64,000 nt of DNA, taken from contig CAVSQB010000030.1 of assembly GCA_963729895.1 (NCBI GenBank), positions 21,071 through 85,070 on the forward strand, given 5' to 3'. The position numbers and the translations under genes were made by a program. The number at the start of each line of letters is the position of its first letter. The stretch's first letter is position 1. The notes below the pieces were generated by a model, which was not told the origin of the DNA, made no database searches, and saw only the letters and a list, made by a program, of their open reading frames with translations. Below are positions 41,666 through 52,174 of this stretch, in pieces. Origin of the DNA: an uncultured Fibrobacterota bacterium (GTDB lineage Bacteria; Fibrobacterota; Chitinivibrionia; Chitinivibrionales; FEN-1185).

Positions 41666-43252
41666 TCAGCGGTTCTTCTCAAATGAAAAGTAAACAGCGG
41701 CTCCTTTTCCAACCTCACCCTCGGCCCACGCGGTACCGCCGTGTTTTTCCGCTATGCTCTTGACAATAGCGAGGCCAATGCCGGTGCCCCTGAACTCTTT
41801 TTCCGAATGCAACCGCTGAAAAGGCCTAAACAGCCAGGGTGCTTCTTTCATGTCGAACCCTGCGCCGTTATCGCGGACGAAGAATATCTGTATGCCGTTT
41901 CTTCTGAGGACGCCGAGTTCGAGCTTTGAATGATCGTTCTTGGAGGTGAATTTCCAGGCGTTTCTGATCAGATTTTCCAGGAGAATCCGTGCAAGCCCGG
42001 AATCGATACCGGCAACAAGATCGGGCTCTATGGCAAAATCAATGTTTCGCGCCGGGTCGGAAGTTTTCAGCTCCTCATAGAATCTCCGGGCAAGGTTGCT
42101 AAGGTTGACATTTTCCCTCTGCAGTTCGTGCGTGGTGACCCTTGACAAGGCTAATAAGTCTGTGATGATCTGCGACATCCGTTCACTGGCCGCAATAATG
42201 TGTTCCAGCGCCTCCTTTGAATCCTTTTTCAAAGAGGATTCCGGGTCACTTGAGAGAACCTCGCTACATGCGATTATCGAGGACACGCTTCGAAACGCTC
42301 GGTAATATCGTGGATCACGGCCAGGCCGCCTTCAATTTCCCCATTGTTGTTGTAAATCGGGGAATAGTTGGCGTCGTAATGGCCTTCGCGGCCGGTTTGG
42401 GGGATAACGTATCGCCTGTTTTTCGAGAAGACGGTTTTGCCTGCCAGGGCCGCGAGAAAATACTTGTCTTCCCCGATTTCCTTGAGAAACGGGAAGAGAT
42501 CGAATGCGCATTTGCCGATTGCTTGCTCGCGGGTGATGCCCGTCATGCGTTCCATGGCGGCATTGCGGACTGTGAACCGGCATTGCTTGTCGAAGGCGTG
42601 GATGCCGTCGAAGCTGCTTTCTATGAGGCGCTCAGAGAACTCCTTTGCCTTCCGCAAAGATTCTTCCGTGTGTTTTTGCCCTGAAATGTCCTGGATTGTT
42701 ACAATGGTTTGATCCGCGGTTTTCGTTTCTCCCGCAAAAACCGTGCTTTCCACTATAACAGGCAAAGACGTCCGGTCCCTTGTGATAAGCCTTATTTCAC
42801 AAGCCTGGCGCGTTTCTTCTTCTTGGAGGTTCTTTTGCATCAACAGGAAGGCGCTTCTGTCCTCATGTTTGATTAATGAGATAAATGATTTGCGGACCAG
42901 GGTGGCCCTGGTGTATCCGAGGAGTGATGCGGCTTTCAAATTGAGCTGCTTGATTGAGCCGTCGGGGTCCAAGATCAAATATCCTACGTGCGAAATTGAA
43001 AAGGTCGGAGAACTTCCGTTCCGAAGCCTCAATAGCGTCCCGCGCCTCACGAAGGTTCTCGTTCTGAATCTCCAGCTCAACCTGGTGGACCTGCAGCTCG
43101 TGGACAAGCTTCTTGTAGTCGGGCCTCTCCGGCACCAATTTCCTTTTAGAGCGGGCAACATCTCTTTGCGCCTGTTCTTGCGGCACAGCGGTTCTTTTTC
43201 TGTTGGTTGTCCCGCGCGTTGCAGCGGCAAACGAAAGGTTCTTCTTGTTCAT
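41666..43252 (-). pseudogene. PAS-PAS sensor histidine kinase, frameshifted and missing its H-box
   Basis: Three fragments in different frames: N-terminus with LVHELQVHQVELEIQNENL (43252-~42990), two PAS domains (~42990-42290), and the HATPase part with NAWKFT, DNGAGF, PFQRLH, GTGIGL (42286-41666). Confidence 0.8.
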
Positions 43253-43640
43253 GTGTCATTTTCCAAGGGAAAGCAAGTTGGCCAGGTCATATCCCGGCGG
43301 AGGTCATCGAGAATCGCGGGGCGCATCTTTTGTGAACCGAAACCGGCACGAAATGCAAACAGTCAATTGCGTGCGACAAGGATAGCGGGAGTAGAACCTT
43401 TTTCGTTGAGAGGAAGGGAAAATTGCGCCGCGAATGTGAGCAATCTGAACCGACGTCGGAACCAGGGGTCCTTTCTGCGACACAATATACTTGATTGGAT
43501 TGATTTATGATCTATTTTTCTTGCTAAAGCGAATCAGTTGTTCAAATGGTTTTGTCCAGGATGAGCAAGTTGGGCTGTGCCAGTGGTGATTCCAATTGTT
43601 TGGAAAGTGGAGCGACAAAGCCAGCGACGTTTGATTCATC

Positions 43641-43670
43641 TTGATTTATCCTGCGCATCGTTCGTATTTT
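43641..43670 (+). promoter_or_regulatory. putative proS promoter
   Basis: TTGATT-N18-TATTTT. Confidence 0.45.
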
Positions 43671-43731
43671 ACTCCTCTTGTTTTGCCCCTCCCATCGCCG
43701 GTTTTCATCCAACAGAAATCGGAATCGACAC

Positions 43732-45465
43732 ATGATCTGGAAGAATGCGTTTATTCACACGTTGCGGGAAGAGCCGTCCGAGGCGGAAACCATCAGCCAC
43801 AAGCTGATGCTGCGCGCCAGCATGATTCAAAAACTCTCCGCAGGCATTTACAATTACTTACCCCTTGGGCTGAGAGTCATCAGGAAAATCGAAAGCATTA
43901 TCCGCGACGAAATGGGGAAATGCAATGCCGCCGAACTCCTGATGCCCATGGTGATCCCCGCGGAGCTGTGGCAGGAAAGCGGCAGGTGGGAGTATTACGG
44001 GCCGGAGCTTTTGCGCTTAACGGACAGGAAGAACAACGGGTTTCTCCTCGGACCAACACATGAGGAAGTGGTAGTCGATGTGGTGCGCAAATCGGTGCGT
44101 TCGTACCGCGACCTGCCGCTGTGCCTTTTCCAGATTCAGACCAAGTTCCGCGACGAAGTACGGCCGCGGTACGGCCTCATGCGCGGCCGGGAGTTCATCA
44201 TGAAGGATGCCTATTCGTTTCACGCGAATGAAGCGTCGCTTGACGAAACGTACCGTGCCATGTATCAGGCATACACGGCCATTTTCACCCGGTGCGGGCT
44301 CCGGTTCAGGGCGGTTGAGGCCGATTCCGGCAACATCGGCGGCAGCGTCACGCACGAATTTCATGTCCTGGCCGATGCGGGGGAGGACACTATTGCATTT
44401 TGCGACTCATGCGATTATGCGGCAAACATTGAGATGGCGGCGGCCCGGCCCGGCCAACGTGCCGGCGCGCCCGAGAACGCCTTGCCCCCTCAGGAGGTTG
44501 CGACGCCCGGGAAAACAAGCATTGCCGATGTATCGTCATTTCTATCGGTGAGCCCCAGAGACACCATTAAGATGCTCATTTATGAAGTGGACGGAGCCTA
44601 TTACGTTGCGGTGTGCGTCCGCGGCGATCTTGAGGTGAACGAGGTGAAGTTGCGAACCGTGCTCAACGCCAAGACAGTAACTGCTCCTTCGGACGAGACG
44701 GTGAAGGGAAAACTCGGGCTTGCCCTGGGGTACCTGGGACCAAGAAACCTTCCTGCCGGCGCCGTCAGGGAGACAATCGCGGATCATTCGGTGCGGTCCA
44801 TGGGAAAAAGCGTGTGCGGCGCAAACAAAGACGGCTATCATGCGGTAAACATTTACCCGGATCGGGATTTGTTTTTCGAGCGTTTTGAGGACGTTTCGGT
44901 GATCGTCGACGGAGACGCCTGTCCCCGCTGCGACAATGGCAAACTCAGGATGCGCAAAGGAATTGAAGTGGGTCAGGTTTTCAAGCTGGGAGAAAAATAT
45001 TCAAGGCCCATGTCTCTTACATTCCTGAATGAAAAGGATACCCCGGAATTCATGACCATGGGATGCTACGGCATCGGGATTGGCCGCGCGGCCGCCGCCA
45101 GCATCGAGCAGAATCATGATGAAAACGGCATTATCTGGCCTGCCGCAATTGCCCCGTACGAGGCGGCAGTGCTCTGCCTTGACACGGGCAGTGAAGAGAC
45201 GTACGGCCTTGCCAGAAAGATTCACGATTCGCTCGAACAAAGCGGAGTAGACGTGCTTTTTGACGACAGGCCGGAACGGCCTGGCGTCAAGTTCAAGGAT
45301 GCAGACCTGATTGGCTGTCCGTACCGGATCACCGTGGGCTTGCGCGGCATCAAGGAAGGGATCGTGGAGATGAAACGCAGGCCTCAAAAGTCCCTGGAAA
45401 AAATTCCCAAGGATTCCTGCATCGAAACCATCCTTTCGGTGATAAAGAACGGCAATCTCCGCTGA
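43732..45465 (+). CDS. proS: proline--tRNA ligase (bacterial type with insertion domain)
   Basis: LGPTHEE, FRDEVRPRYGLMRGREFIMKDAYSF, GIEVGQVF, MGCYGIG. Confidence 0.97.
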   Translation: MIWKNAFIHTLREEPSEAETISHKLMLRASMIQKLSAGIYNYLPLGLRVIRKIESIIRDEMGKCNAAELLMPMVIPAELWQESGRWEYYGPELLRLTDRKNNGFLLGPTHEEVVVDVVRKSVRSYRDLPLCLFQIQTKFRDEVRPRYGLMRGREFIMKDAYSFHANEASLDETYRAMYQAYTAIFTRCGLRFRAVEADSGNIGGSVTHEFHVLADAGEDTIAFCDSCDYAANIEMAAARPGQRAGAPENALPPQEVATPGKTSIADVSSFLSVSPRDTIKMLIYEVDGAYYVAVCVRGDLEVNEVKLRTVLNAKTVTAPSDETVKGKLGLALGYLGPRNLPAGAVRETIADHSVRSMGKSVCGANKDGYHAVNIYPDRDLFFERFEDVSVIVDGDACPRCDNGKLRMRKGIEVGQVFKLGEKYSRPMSLTFLNEKDTPEFMTMGCYGIGIGRAAAASIEQNHDENGIIWPAAIAPYEAAVLCLDTGSEETYGLARKIHDSLEQSGVDVLFDDRPERPGVKFKDADLIGCPYRITVGLRGIKEGIVEMKRRPQKSLEKIPKDSCIETILSVIKNGNLR

Positions 45466-45566
45466 CCGAACAATAAAGGAGAAACTGAAGAAAATCTTAT
45501 ATCGAATAAAGTCAAAATGTTATATTGCTATCTTCAAGTTTTGTGTTCTTTTGAACCAGAATGTGA

Positions 45567-45596
45567 TTGACTTGATGCAAGCCCCGCTGCTATAAT
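45567..45596 (+). promoter_or_regulatory. promoter of the M23-rfaD unit
   Basis: TTGACT-N18-TATAAT with an extended -10 TG. Confidence 0.6.
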
Positions 45597-45625
45597 TACA
45601 TTTGGATCAAAGGGAAAAGGGCGGT

Positions 45626-46558
45626 ATGAAGAAACCGGGTTGGTCACTTCTTTTCTACAGCACAGGCTCGTCCGGCAGGGTAAGGCGTCTGCCGCTCAAT
45701 AAACCTGTTATTCTACTGTTGTCTCTCTTCGTGCTCATGGGATCGCTCGGGCTCGCGCGTTGCATATACTTCGTTTCTACCTACGGTCTGGCAAGGCTCG
45801 GAATGTACTACAGTCTCAAAGAGAACCGCCAGCTCAAGACCGAAATTAATTTCTTCTCACGATATGCGCGGGAAAAAGGCCAGGGCATCGACAGGATCGT
45901 TTCCTTTGAAGATACGACCCGGTTGAAATTCGGCATGGATAAGATCAGCGACGATATCCGCAAAGTGGGTGTCGGCGGAATGCCGAGCAATTACGACCTC
46001 ATCCTCGCCGCGCTCGAAGACCCTGTGCTCATGAAGGCCGACACGGTAAAAGAGAATATCCTTGCTCTTCTGCGTCAAGTGAGGCTCGAGGATACCACGT
46101 TCGGCACCATGGCTTCCGAGGTCGATAAGCAGATATCCATTTGGTCTCAGCGGCCCGCGGTCTCGCCCGTGTGGGGTAGGCTTACCTCGGGCTTCGGCTA
46201 CCGCATTCACCCGTTCACGGGGTACAATGTCTTCCATGAAGGCATCGATATCGCCAACCAGATCGGGACACCGGTCCGCGCCACGGCGGACGGGATCGTC
46301 TCGTTCGTCGGCTATAAGGACTATTTCGGCAATCTCGTCCAGATTTCGCATCCCGCAAGCGGATTCAAGACAATATTCGGCCACCTTAACAAATCGGCTG
46401 TGCTCGTAGGCCAGATGGTGAAGCGCGGGGACATCGTGGGCTACCTGGGCAACAGCGGCAGAAGCACCGGCCCGCATCTCCATTACGAAGTGCACAAACT
46501 GAGCGCAATCGTCAATCCCCTCGACTTTATCCTTCCCACCGACACGATGGTCGACTAA
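45626..46558 (+). CDS. M23-family metallopeptidase with N-terminal transmembrane helix
   Basis: FHEGIDIA (HxxxD) and STGPHLHYEV (HxH). Confidence 0.92.
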   Translation: MKKPGWSLLFYSTGSSGRVRRLPLNKPVILLLSLFVLMGSLGLARCIYFVSTYGLARLGMYYSLKENRQLKTEINFFSRYAREKGQGIDRIVSFEDTTRLKFGMDKISDDIRKVGVGGMPSNYDLILAALEDPVLMKADTVKENILALLRQVRLEDTTFGTMASEVDKQISIWSQRPAVSPVWGRLTSGFGYRIHPFTGYNVFHEGIDIANQIGTPVRATADGIVSFVGYKDYFGNLVQISHPASGFKTIFGHLNKSAVLVGQMVKRGDIVGYLGNSGRSTGPHLHYEVHKLSAIVNPLDFILPTDTMVD

Positions 46559-46581
46559 GTCTTATTATCGGGAGTTTTCGC

Positions 46582-47556
46582 GTGATCGTAGTTACAGGCG
46601 GAGCGGGGTTTATCGGCAGTGTTCTCACCCGGCGGCTTAACCGGGCAGGGCTCACCGACATCCTTGTAGTGGACCATCTCGGCTCAACGGACAAGTGGAA
46701 GAACCTGGTTCCGCTTGCGTTTTCCGATTACATGGACAAAGGCGAATTCATCGACCGGCTCGAACAGGGGAATTTCGTGAACAGCATCGACACGATCTTC
46801 CACCTGGGCGCGTGCTCGAGTACCACGGAGAGGGATGCCGGCTACCTCATTGACAATAACTTTCGGTATTCGGTGAGAATCGGGACGTGGCGGGAATCTC
46901 ACAGGAGTACGCGCCTGATTTACGCGTCGAGTGCGGCTACCTACGGCAACGGCGACCAGGGATATTCCGATGACGAAAAGCTTCTCGGCACGCTTCGTCC
47001 GCTCAACATGTACGGCTATTCAAAACATCTGTTCGACCTGTATGCGCAGCGCCGGGGATGGCTTACAGAAATCGTCGGCCTCAAGTACTTCAACGTCTTC
47101 GGTCCCAACGAAAACCACAAGGGAGATATGAGAAGCGTCATCAACAAGGCGTTTCCGCGCATGAGGGACGAAGGCAAGATCTCGTTGTTCGAATCGCACC
47201 GTCCCGACTGCAGGCACGGTGAACAGCGCCGCGATTTTGTCTATGTGCAAGACGCCGTGGAAATGACGCTGTTCTTTATGGAACACCGTGACAAAACCGG
47301 CATTTACAACATCGGAACAGGCGCGGCGAGGTCATGGAACGATGTGGCACACGCGATGTTTGCCGCGCTCAACAAGAAGCCGTCCATCCAGTATGTTCCC
47401 ATGCCGGTGGAAATACGGTCCACGTACCAGTATTTTACCCAGGCCGATCTTTCCAAACTGAAGCGCGCTGGCTGCGCAGTTCAATGCAAGACGCTTGAAG
47501 AATCTGTTGGAGAGTATGTTCGAGAGTATCTCCAAAAGGGCGGATTGATCGTGTGA
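46582..47556 (+). CDS. rfaD: ADP-L-glycero-D-manno-heptose 6-epimerase
   Basis: TGGAGFIGS, HLGACSSTTE, YASSAATYG, PLNMYGYSK, HKGDMRS, YQYFTQAD. Confidence 0.95.
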   Translation: MIVVTGGAGFIGSVLTRRLNRAGLTDILVVDHLGSTDKWKNLVPLAFSDYMDKGEFIDRLEQGNFVNSIDTIFHLGACSSTTERDAGYLIDNNFRYSVRIGTWRESHRSTRLIYASSAATYGNGDQGYSDDEKLLGTLRPLNMYGYSKHLFDLYAQRRGWLTEIVGLKYFNVFGPNENHKGDMRSVINKAFPRMRDEGKISLFESHRPDCRHGEQRRDFVYVQDAVEMTLFFMEHRDKTGIYNIGTGAARSWNDVAHAMFAALNKKPSIQYVPMPVEIRSTYQYFTQADLSKLKRAGCAVQCKTLEESVGEYVREYLQKGGLIV

Positions 47557-47623
47557 CGGGTCCCAAGGCTGCGGGCGAACGGTCCCATATCCTGCTGCGT
47601 GCCAGCTCGCAGTAAGGACCTCA

Positions 47624-49663
47624 CTACTTGATATTTGCCAATTCATTAACCGCTTTCTTGAACCTCGGGCTGTCCGGTGAATTGCCGTACATGCTTTTCA
47701 CCACACGCCACGACTGCATGGCAAGTCCCCGGTTGTCTATTGACGGATCGTCTTTGTACAGTTCGCCGTACGCAACGGCCGTAAAATACAGGGCATCGTT
47801 GCGCACGTCCCGGATATTGCGGTATTTGCTCGGCTTGGTGAGCGCGGTCTGAAAGTTTCGGATGGCGTCCTTGTTCCTGCCCATGTGCTGGTACATTTCG
47901 CCGGCAAGCAGGCAGTATTGCGCGTCGTTCACCTCCTCGTTGAGGATCTTTTCCTTGGCCGCGCGGAGCCTGTCTGCCTGTATGTATGCATCAACAAGCA
48001 AGAGAAATGCCTTCTCGTGTTGCGGTGAAGAAGCGGGAACGTTGTCGAGTGCAAGGATCGCGTCGTCGAACTGGCCTTTTGCAAGCGCCGCCTGGCCCAC
48101 AACCACGAAATCGCCTGACGCGTATTTCTTCTTGAGACTTTCTAAAGGCGAACCGCCGGCCGCCGGTTCTTTTGCGGAAGACGGTTCGTGCAGCGCCTGT
48201 TTTGCATGCTGCGCTTCGCGGCCCGAAGGTTGACGCGAATGCCTTGCCGCAACAGGCGTTGACGCTTCAGGTTGCTCTTTGGGCTGCTGCTCGGGCGTCG
48301 ATTGAGGTTGCGAAGCGGTTTGGGGCGAAAGCGGTTGTAGCGGTTGCTGAGCCGGCGCCTGCGCTGTTTGCGATGGCGGAGGAGTTCGCACAGCAGGCTG
48401 GGGCTGCACGGCGCGCTGTGCAGACCGGTCGGGTTCCGCGGGTTTGGGCCCGGTGATGAAAAATACGGCCACCAGCGCGCCTATAACCAGCGCGCCTGCG
48501 GCAGGCAGTAGAAACCTGAGCCCGAGCCACGCGGGCCGCTTGGATTTTGACACGCTGGATATGCTTGACGGATTGGTAAGGTACGATTTGAGTACGGCTT
48601 CCGGAGAGTCGGAGGTGAGCGATTTGTGCACCGATTCAAGCTCTTCCAAAAGGATGGAGGCGTTGGCATACCGGTTTTCTTTGTCAAGCTGGAGGCATTT
48701 TTGAGCGGTCTTGGCAAGTCCCTGCGGAACCGAAAAGTCGAATTCCTCGAATTTCCGGTATTCATTCATGATCTTCTTCTTCATCAGGTTGGTGATGGTT
48801 TCCTGCGGAAACGTCTTGGTCCCGGTTATCATTTCGTACAGAATGGCGCCGAACGCATACACGTCGGCACGCGCGTCCACGTCCACACCGTCCATCTGCT
48901 CGGGAGAAAGATATTGCATGGTGCCCACAATGTTTCCTTCAACCGTGTGCAGGCTCGCCTCGGTGGGACGCGCAATGCCGAAATCCATAAGCCTCAGGTC
49001 GCCATGTTTTGAGATCATAATGTTGGCGGGTTTCAGGTCGCGGTGGATGATGCCGTGATACGTCTTGCCATACAGCAGAAAATCCTGGTTGTGCGCATAG
49101 GCAAGGGCGCGCGCGACAAAGATTGCGATTGAGGAGCTCACGGATGGCGGAAGCTTGCCGGTCTGGCCGATCATGGCTTCGAGCGACACACCGTCGATCA
49201 GTTCCATTTCGAGATAGGGAAGGCCGTTCCAATCTCCCACACTGTAAATTTCAACAATGTTGGGGTGCCGGAGCTTCGCCGTGATCTTGGCTTCGGTCTC
49301 AAAACGGTTTCTCAGGTCTCCCTGCTGGGAGGGAGTAAGAATCTTTACTGCACGGAAGACCTCGAGTTTGTCATTCCAGATTTTGTATACCCGCGCCATG
49401 CCGCCCGAACCAAGAATCCCCACGATGGTGCCGGAGCCGAGCGGAATCGGCTCGTTTCCCGTGGGCAGATCGTCGGCAGTGGGCTCCGCTTTCTTCGGCT
49501 GGCCATAGGGGTTTGTCGCGCCCATCTGTGTTGCGTCGAGACGGGAGTTTGAGTCAAAAGCGTGATACCCGGCCTTGGTGTCCTGCCCCTCAACAAATGT
49601 CTTGTCGAAGTTTTGTTTCTTCTGCGGGTCCCGAGGACCGCCGGGATTGGTGGAGGTGTTCAT
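47624..49663 (-). CDS. Hanks-type Ser/Thr kinase with TM helix, Pro/Gln-rich linker and C-terminal TPR-like domain
   Basis: GSGGMARVYK, AVKIL, HRDLKPAN, DFGIAR, YLSPEQ, DVYAFG; TM segment FLLPAAGALVIGALVAVFFI. Confidence 0.93.
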   Translation of the reverse strand: MNTSTNPGGPRDPQKKQNFDKTFVEGQDTKAGYHAFDSNSRLDATQMGATNPYGQPKKAEPTADDLPTGNEPIPLGSGTIVGILGSGGMARVYKIWNDKLEVFRAVKILTPSQQGDLRNRFETEAKITAKLRHPNIVEIYSVGDWNGLPYLEMELIDGVSLEAMIGQTGKLPPSVSSSIAIFVARALAYAHNQDFLLYGKTYHGIIHRDLKPANIMISKHGDLRLMDFGIARPTEASLHTVEGNIVGTMQYLSPEQMDGVDVDARADVYAFGAILYEMITGTKTFPQETITNLMKKKIMNEYRKFEEFDFSVPQGLAKTAQKCLQLDKENRYANASILLEELESVHKSLTSDSPEAVLKSYLTNPSSISSVSKSKRPAWLGLRFLLPAAGALVIGALVAVFFITGPKPAEPDRSAQRAVQPQPAVRTPPPSQTAQAPAQQPLQPLSPQTASQPQSTPEQQPKEQPEASTPVAARHSRQPSGREAQHAKQALHEPSSAKEPAAGGSPLESLKKKYASGDFVVVGQAALAKGQFDDAILALDNVPASSPQHEKAFLLLVDAYIQADRLRAAKEKILNEEVNDAQYCLLAGEMYQHMGRNKDAIRNFQTALTKPSKYRNIRDVRNDALYFTAVAYGELYKDDPSIDNRGLAMQSWRVVKSMYGNSPDSPRFKKAVNELANIK

Positions 49664-49886
49664 AGATGAGTTACTTGCTGAACAAAGGTGATCGAAAGAC
49701 GATGGTCTATGCTATGTCAAGCATTCTATTTGGGTCGTCATTGAAAGAAGTCTGATGAACCGAACGTTCCCTCTGTGGCGGGCACAATGCGAGTGGTGAG
49801 CCCGCCAAGCTGCCTGTGGCGCCGATCCTTGACTGTCCGACGTTCTGCCGAAATCTTTCAAACGGAATTCTTCGTGCGCACGTTTA

Positions 49887-50585
49887 TCAGAAAAACGCTA
49901 CGATTTCGAACCCGACCACGCACAGCGCTCCGAGCGTGATGCCGAGAATCTCGCCGTTCACCGACCCGTTCGTGCCGCCCCAATATTTGGCGTCGGAGCG
50001 CTCCACGATTCCCCACGCAAAGCCGCCGATGGCGCCGGCTCCGAGCACAAGCCGGACAATTGCCTTGTTGTCAAGTGCGTTCTTCTTTGGCAATGGTTTG
50101 TTAATCTCAACGGTCTCGCCTTTAGGCACCACAATGTCTTCTACAATCTTATCGTAGTCTTTGTTCTGGGACTTGATTTCCAGCCTATATTTTCCGGGAA
50201 TAATGAAATCGTTGGACACCGGCGTTTTGCCCAGCTCTGTGAGAACGTACACGTCTGCGCCTTCCGGGTCCGAGTTCACCTTGAGCGTGCCGTACCGGGA
50301 CTTGAGGGTCTTTTCGACAACCGTTTGTTCGCCGCTCTGGATAAATACATCCTCGCTTGTGCTTGTATGTTGCACCGGGTCCACAAGCTTGAGCGTGTAC
50401 TTCCCGGTTTTGAGCTTCTTGTCGAGAATGGGGGAGTCGCCGATATACTTGTCGTCGAGCCAGACCTCGATGCCGTCCGGATCTGTCTTGACGGTAAGCA
50501 CCCCGTCACCCTGCGCAAACGCGGAGGTTCTAAAGAAAATGCATACGGCGGCTGCCGATACTACAAACCACAACGATGGTCTCAT
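49887..50585 (-). CDS. exported PEGA-domain protein with hydrophobic C-terminal helices
   Basis: Signal peptide ending AFA-Q; two GxLxVx[ST]DPxGxxV repeats; AAGGAG RBS. Confidence 0.85.
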   Translation of the reverse strand: MRPSLWFVVSAAAVCIFFRTSAFAQGDGVLTVKTDPDGIEVWLDDKYIGDSPILDKKLKTGKYTLKLVDPVQHTSTSEDVFIQSGEQTVVEKTLKSRYGTLKVNSDPEGADVYVLTELGKTPVSNDFIIPGKYRLEIKSQNKDYDKIVEDIVVPKGETVEINKPLPKKNALDNKAIVRLVLGAGAIGGFAWGIVERSDAKYWGGTNGSVNGEILGITLGALCVVGFEIVAFF

Positions 50586-50627
50586 GATGTCTCCTTGAAT
50601 GCTGTCTCAGGCGTTCTTCCCGTGTTT

Positions 50628-50651
50628 TCCCAGGAAAAGCTTTTCCTGGGA
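50628..50651. promoter_or_regulatory. perfect 24-bp palindrome (operator or leader hairpin)
   Basis: TCCCAGGAAAAGCTTTTCCTGGGA in the divergent PEGA/tssK intergenic region. The sequence is directly visible; the function is inferred. Confidence 0.5.
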
Positions 50652-50821
50652 GAGGCCACAGGTTTATTTTATAAAGATGTCGCGGACGCCGCTCGCATGA
50701 GAAGAGTAGGTTCCCGGAAGGGCGATTCCTGAAAATACAATACGTTGTCTATTAAAACCAAAGCAAACGTTTCCGCGTTTGCGGACGAAAAGGCCAGCGG
50801 GCAAATCGAAAAGAGGAGACT

Positions 50822-52174
50822 GTGTTAGGAAACAGCAAAGTTGTCTGGAAAGAGGGAATGTTTCTGCAGCCGCACCATTTTCAGCAGGCGGAACGTTACA
50901 TGCTGAGTTCGTTCCATGCCGCACTGATGTCGCATTCCCCGTACTGGTACGGCGTCACCGAGCTTGATGTAGACAAAGACGCCATAGCAAACGGCTTGTT
51001 TACGGTAACGCGGTGCGGCGGTATGCTTCCCGACGGCGTGTCGTTTGCAATTCCCAAGGAAGATCCGCCCCCGGCTGCGAGGTCGTTTGCCGACCACCTC
51101 GCGCACGACCAGCAGGCGCTTGACGTGTACCTTGCATTGCCCCTGCTCGTGGAAGGCAAGTCCAACGTGGTGGCCGGGGCCATGGAGGGCCAGGCGGCAG
51201 CGCGCTTCAGGTCTCGTACCATAACCGTGTCCGACGAAGTGCTTGGATCGCAGCAAAAGGAAATAGAGGTTGGCGCGCTCAATTTCGTGCTGCTGTTCGG
51301 AGACGAATTGCTCGATAATCACGCCACGTTCCAGGTGGGCAGGCTTTCCAGAAATCAAACCGGCGGCGTGGAGTTGGCACCTTCGTTCGTGCCTCCGCTC
51401 CTCTGCGTCGGCGCATCGCCCTTTCTGCTCAACGTCCTTCGCTCCCTGCTTGAATTCTTGCTCGCAAAAATCAATTCCTTGTCGCAGGGAAGAAAACAGG
51501 TGGAGGGCGGGTTTGCCGAATTCTCCGGCGCGGAAGAAACGCCGTTTCGGCTGCTGCAGACGCTCAACACCTTCACTCCGCTGCTCACGCATTATCACTC
51601 GTTTCCAAGCGTGCACCCTTATGAAGTGTTTTGCCTGCTCACCCAGTTCGCGGGCGCGCTGTGCACCTTCTCCTCCGAAGTGTCAATAAAAAATCTGCCG
51701 AGGTACGATCACGCGAATCTTTCCGGCACCTTTGCCGTGCTCGTGAAGATCATCCGCACCGTGCTCGAGGCCGACATTCAGGCCGGATGCGTGCCCGTGC
51801 CTATCGAACAACTCAACCAGGCTACATTCCTTTGCAAAGTCCCAGAGTCGAAATTATTGACAGTTGCGAAATTCTATCTCGGCGTATCGGCGAAAGTGCA
51901 GGACAAAGAACTGGTGGTGGGCGTGCTGCAGCGCATAAAAATGTGCTCCCGCAACCGGCTCGACCTGCTAATTTCATCGGCCATGCCCGGCCTGCCGTTG
52001 AAGCACACGCTGCACCCCCCGCAGGGGCTCTCCACAAAGCCCGGGTTCGTTTATTTCAGCTTGGACCAGCAGGGGGATTTTTGGCAGCAGATTAAGGCCG
52101 CGGGGGACATCGCATTCTATTTTCCCAACAATTATCCTGAGTTGAAGGTGGAGATGCTGGCTTTGAAAGAATAG
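50822..52174 (+). CDS. tssK: type VI secretion baseplate subunit TssK
   Basis: KVVWKEGMFLQPHHFQQAERY, FVPPLL, YDH, AMPGLPL...PP, YFSLD....WQ; GAGGAG RBS before GTG. Confidence 0.93.
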   Translation: MLGNSKVVWKEGMFLQPHHFQQAERYMLSSFHAALMSHSPYWYGVTELDVDKDAIANGLFTVTRCGGMLPDGVSFAIPKEDPPPAARSFADHLAHDQQALDVYLALPLLVEGKSNVVAGAMEGQAAARFRSRTITVSDEVLGSQQKEIEVGALNFVLLFGDELLDNHATFQVGRLSRNQTGGVELAPSFVPPLLCVGASPFLLNVLRSLLEFLLAKINSLSQGRKQVEGGFAEFSGAEETPFRLLQTLNTFTPLLTHYHSFPSVHPYEVFCLLTQFAGALCTFSSEVSIKNLPRYDHANLSGTFAVLVKIIRTVLEADIQAGCVPVPIEQLNQATFLCKVPESKLLTVAKFYLGVSAKVQDKELVVGVLQRIKMCSRNRLDLLISSAMPGLPLKHTLHPPQGLSTKPGFVYFSLDQQGDFWQQIKAAGDIAFYFPNNYPELKVEMLALKE

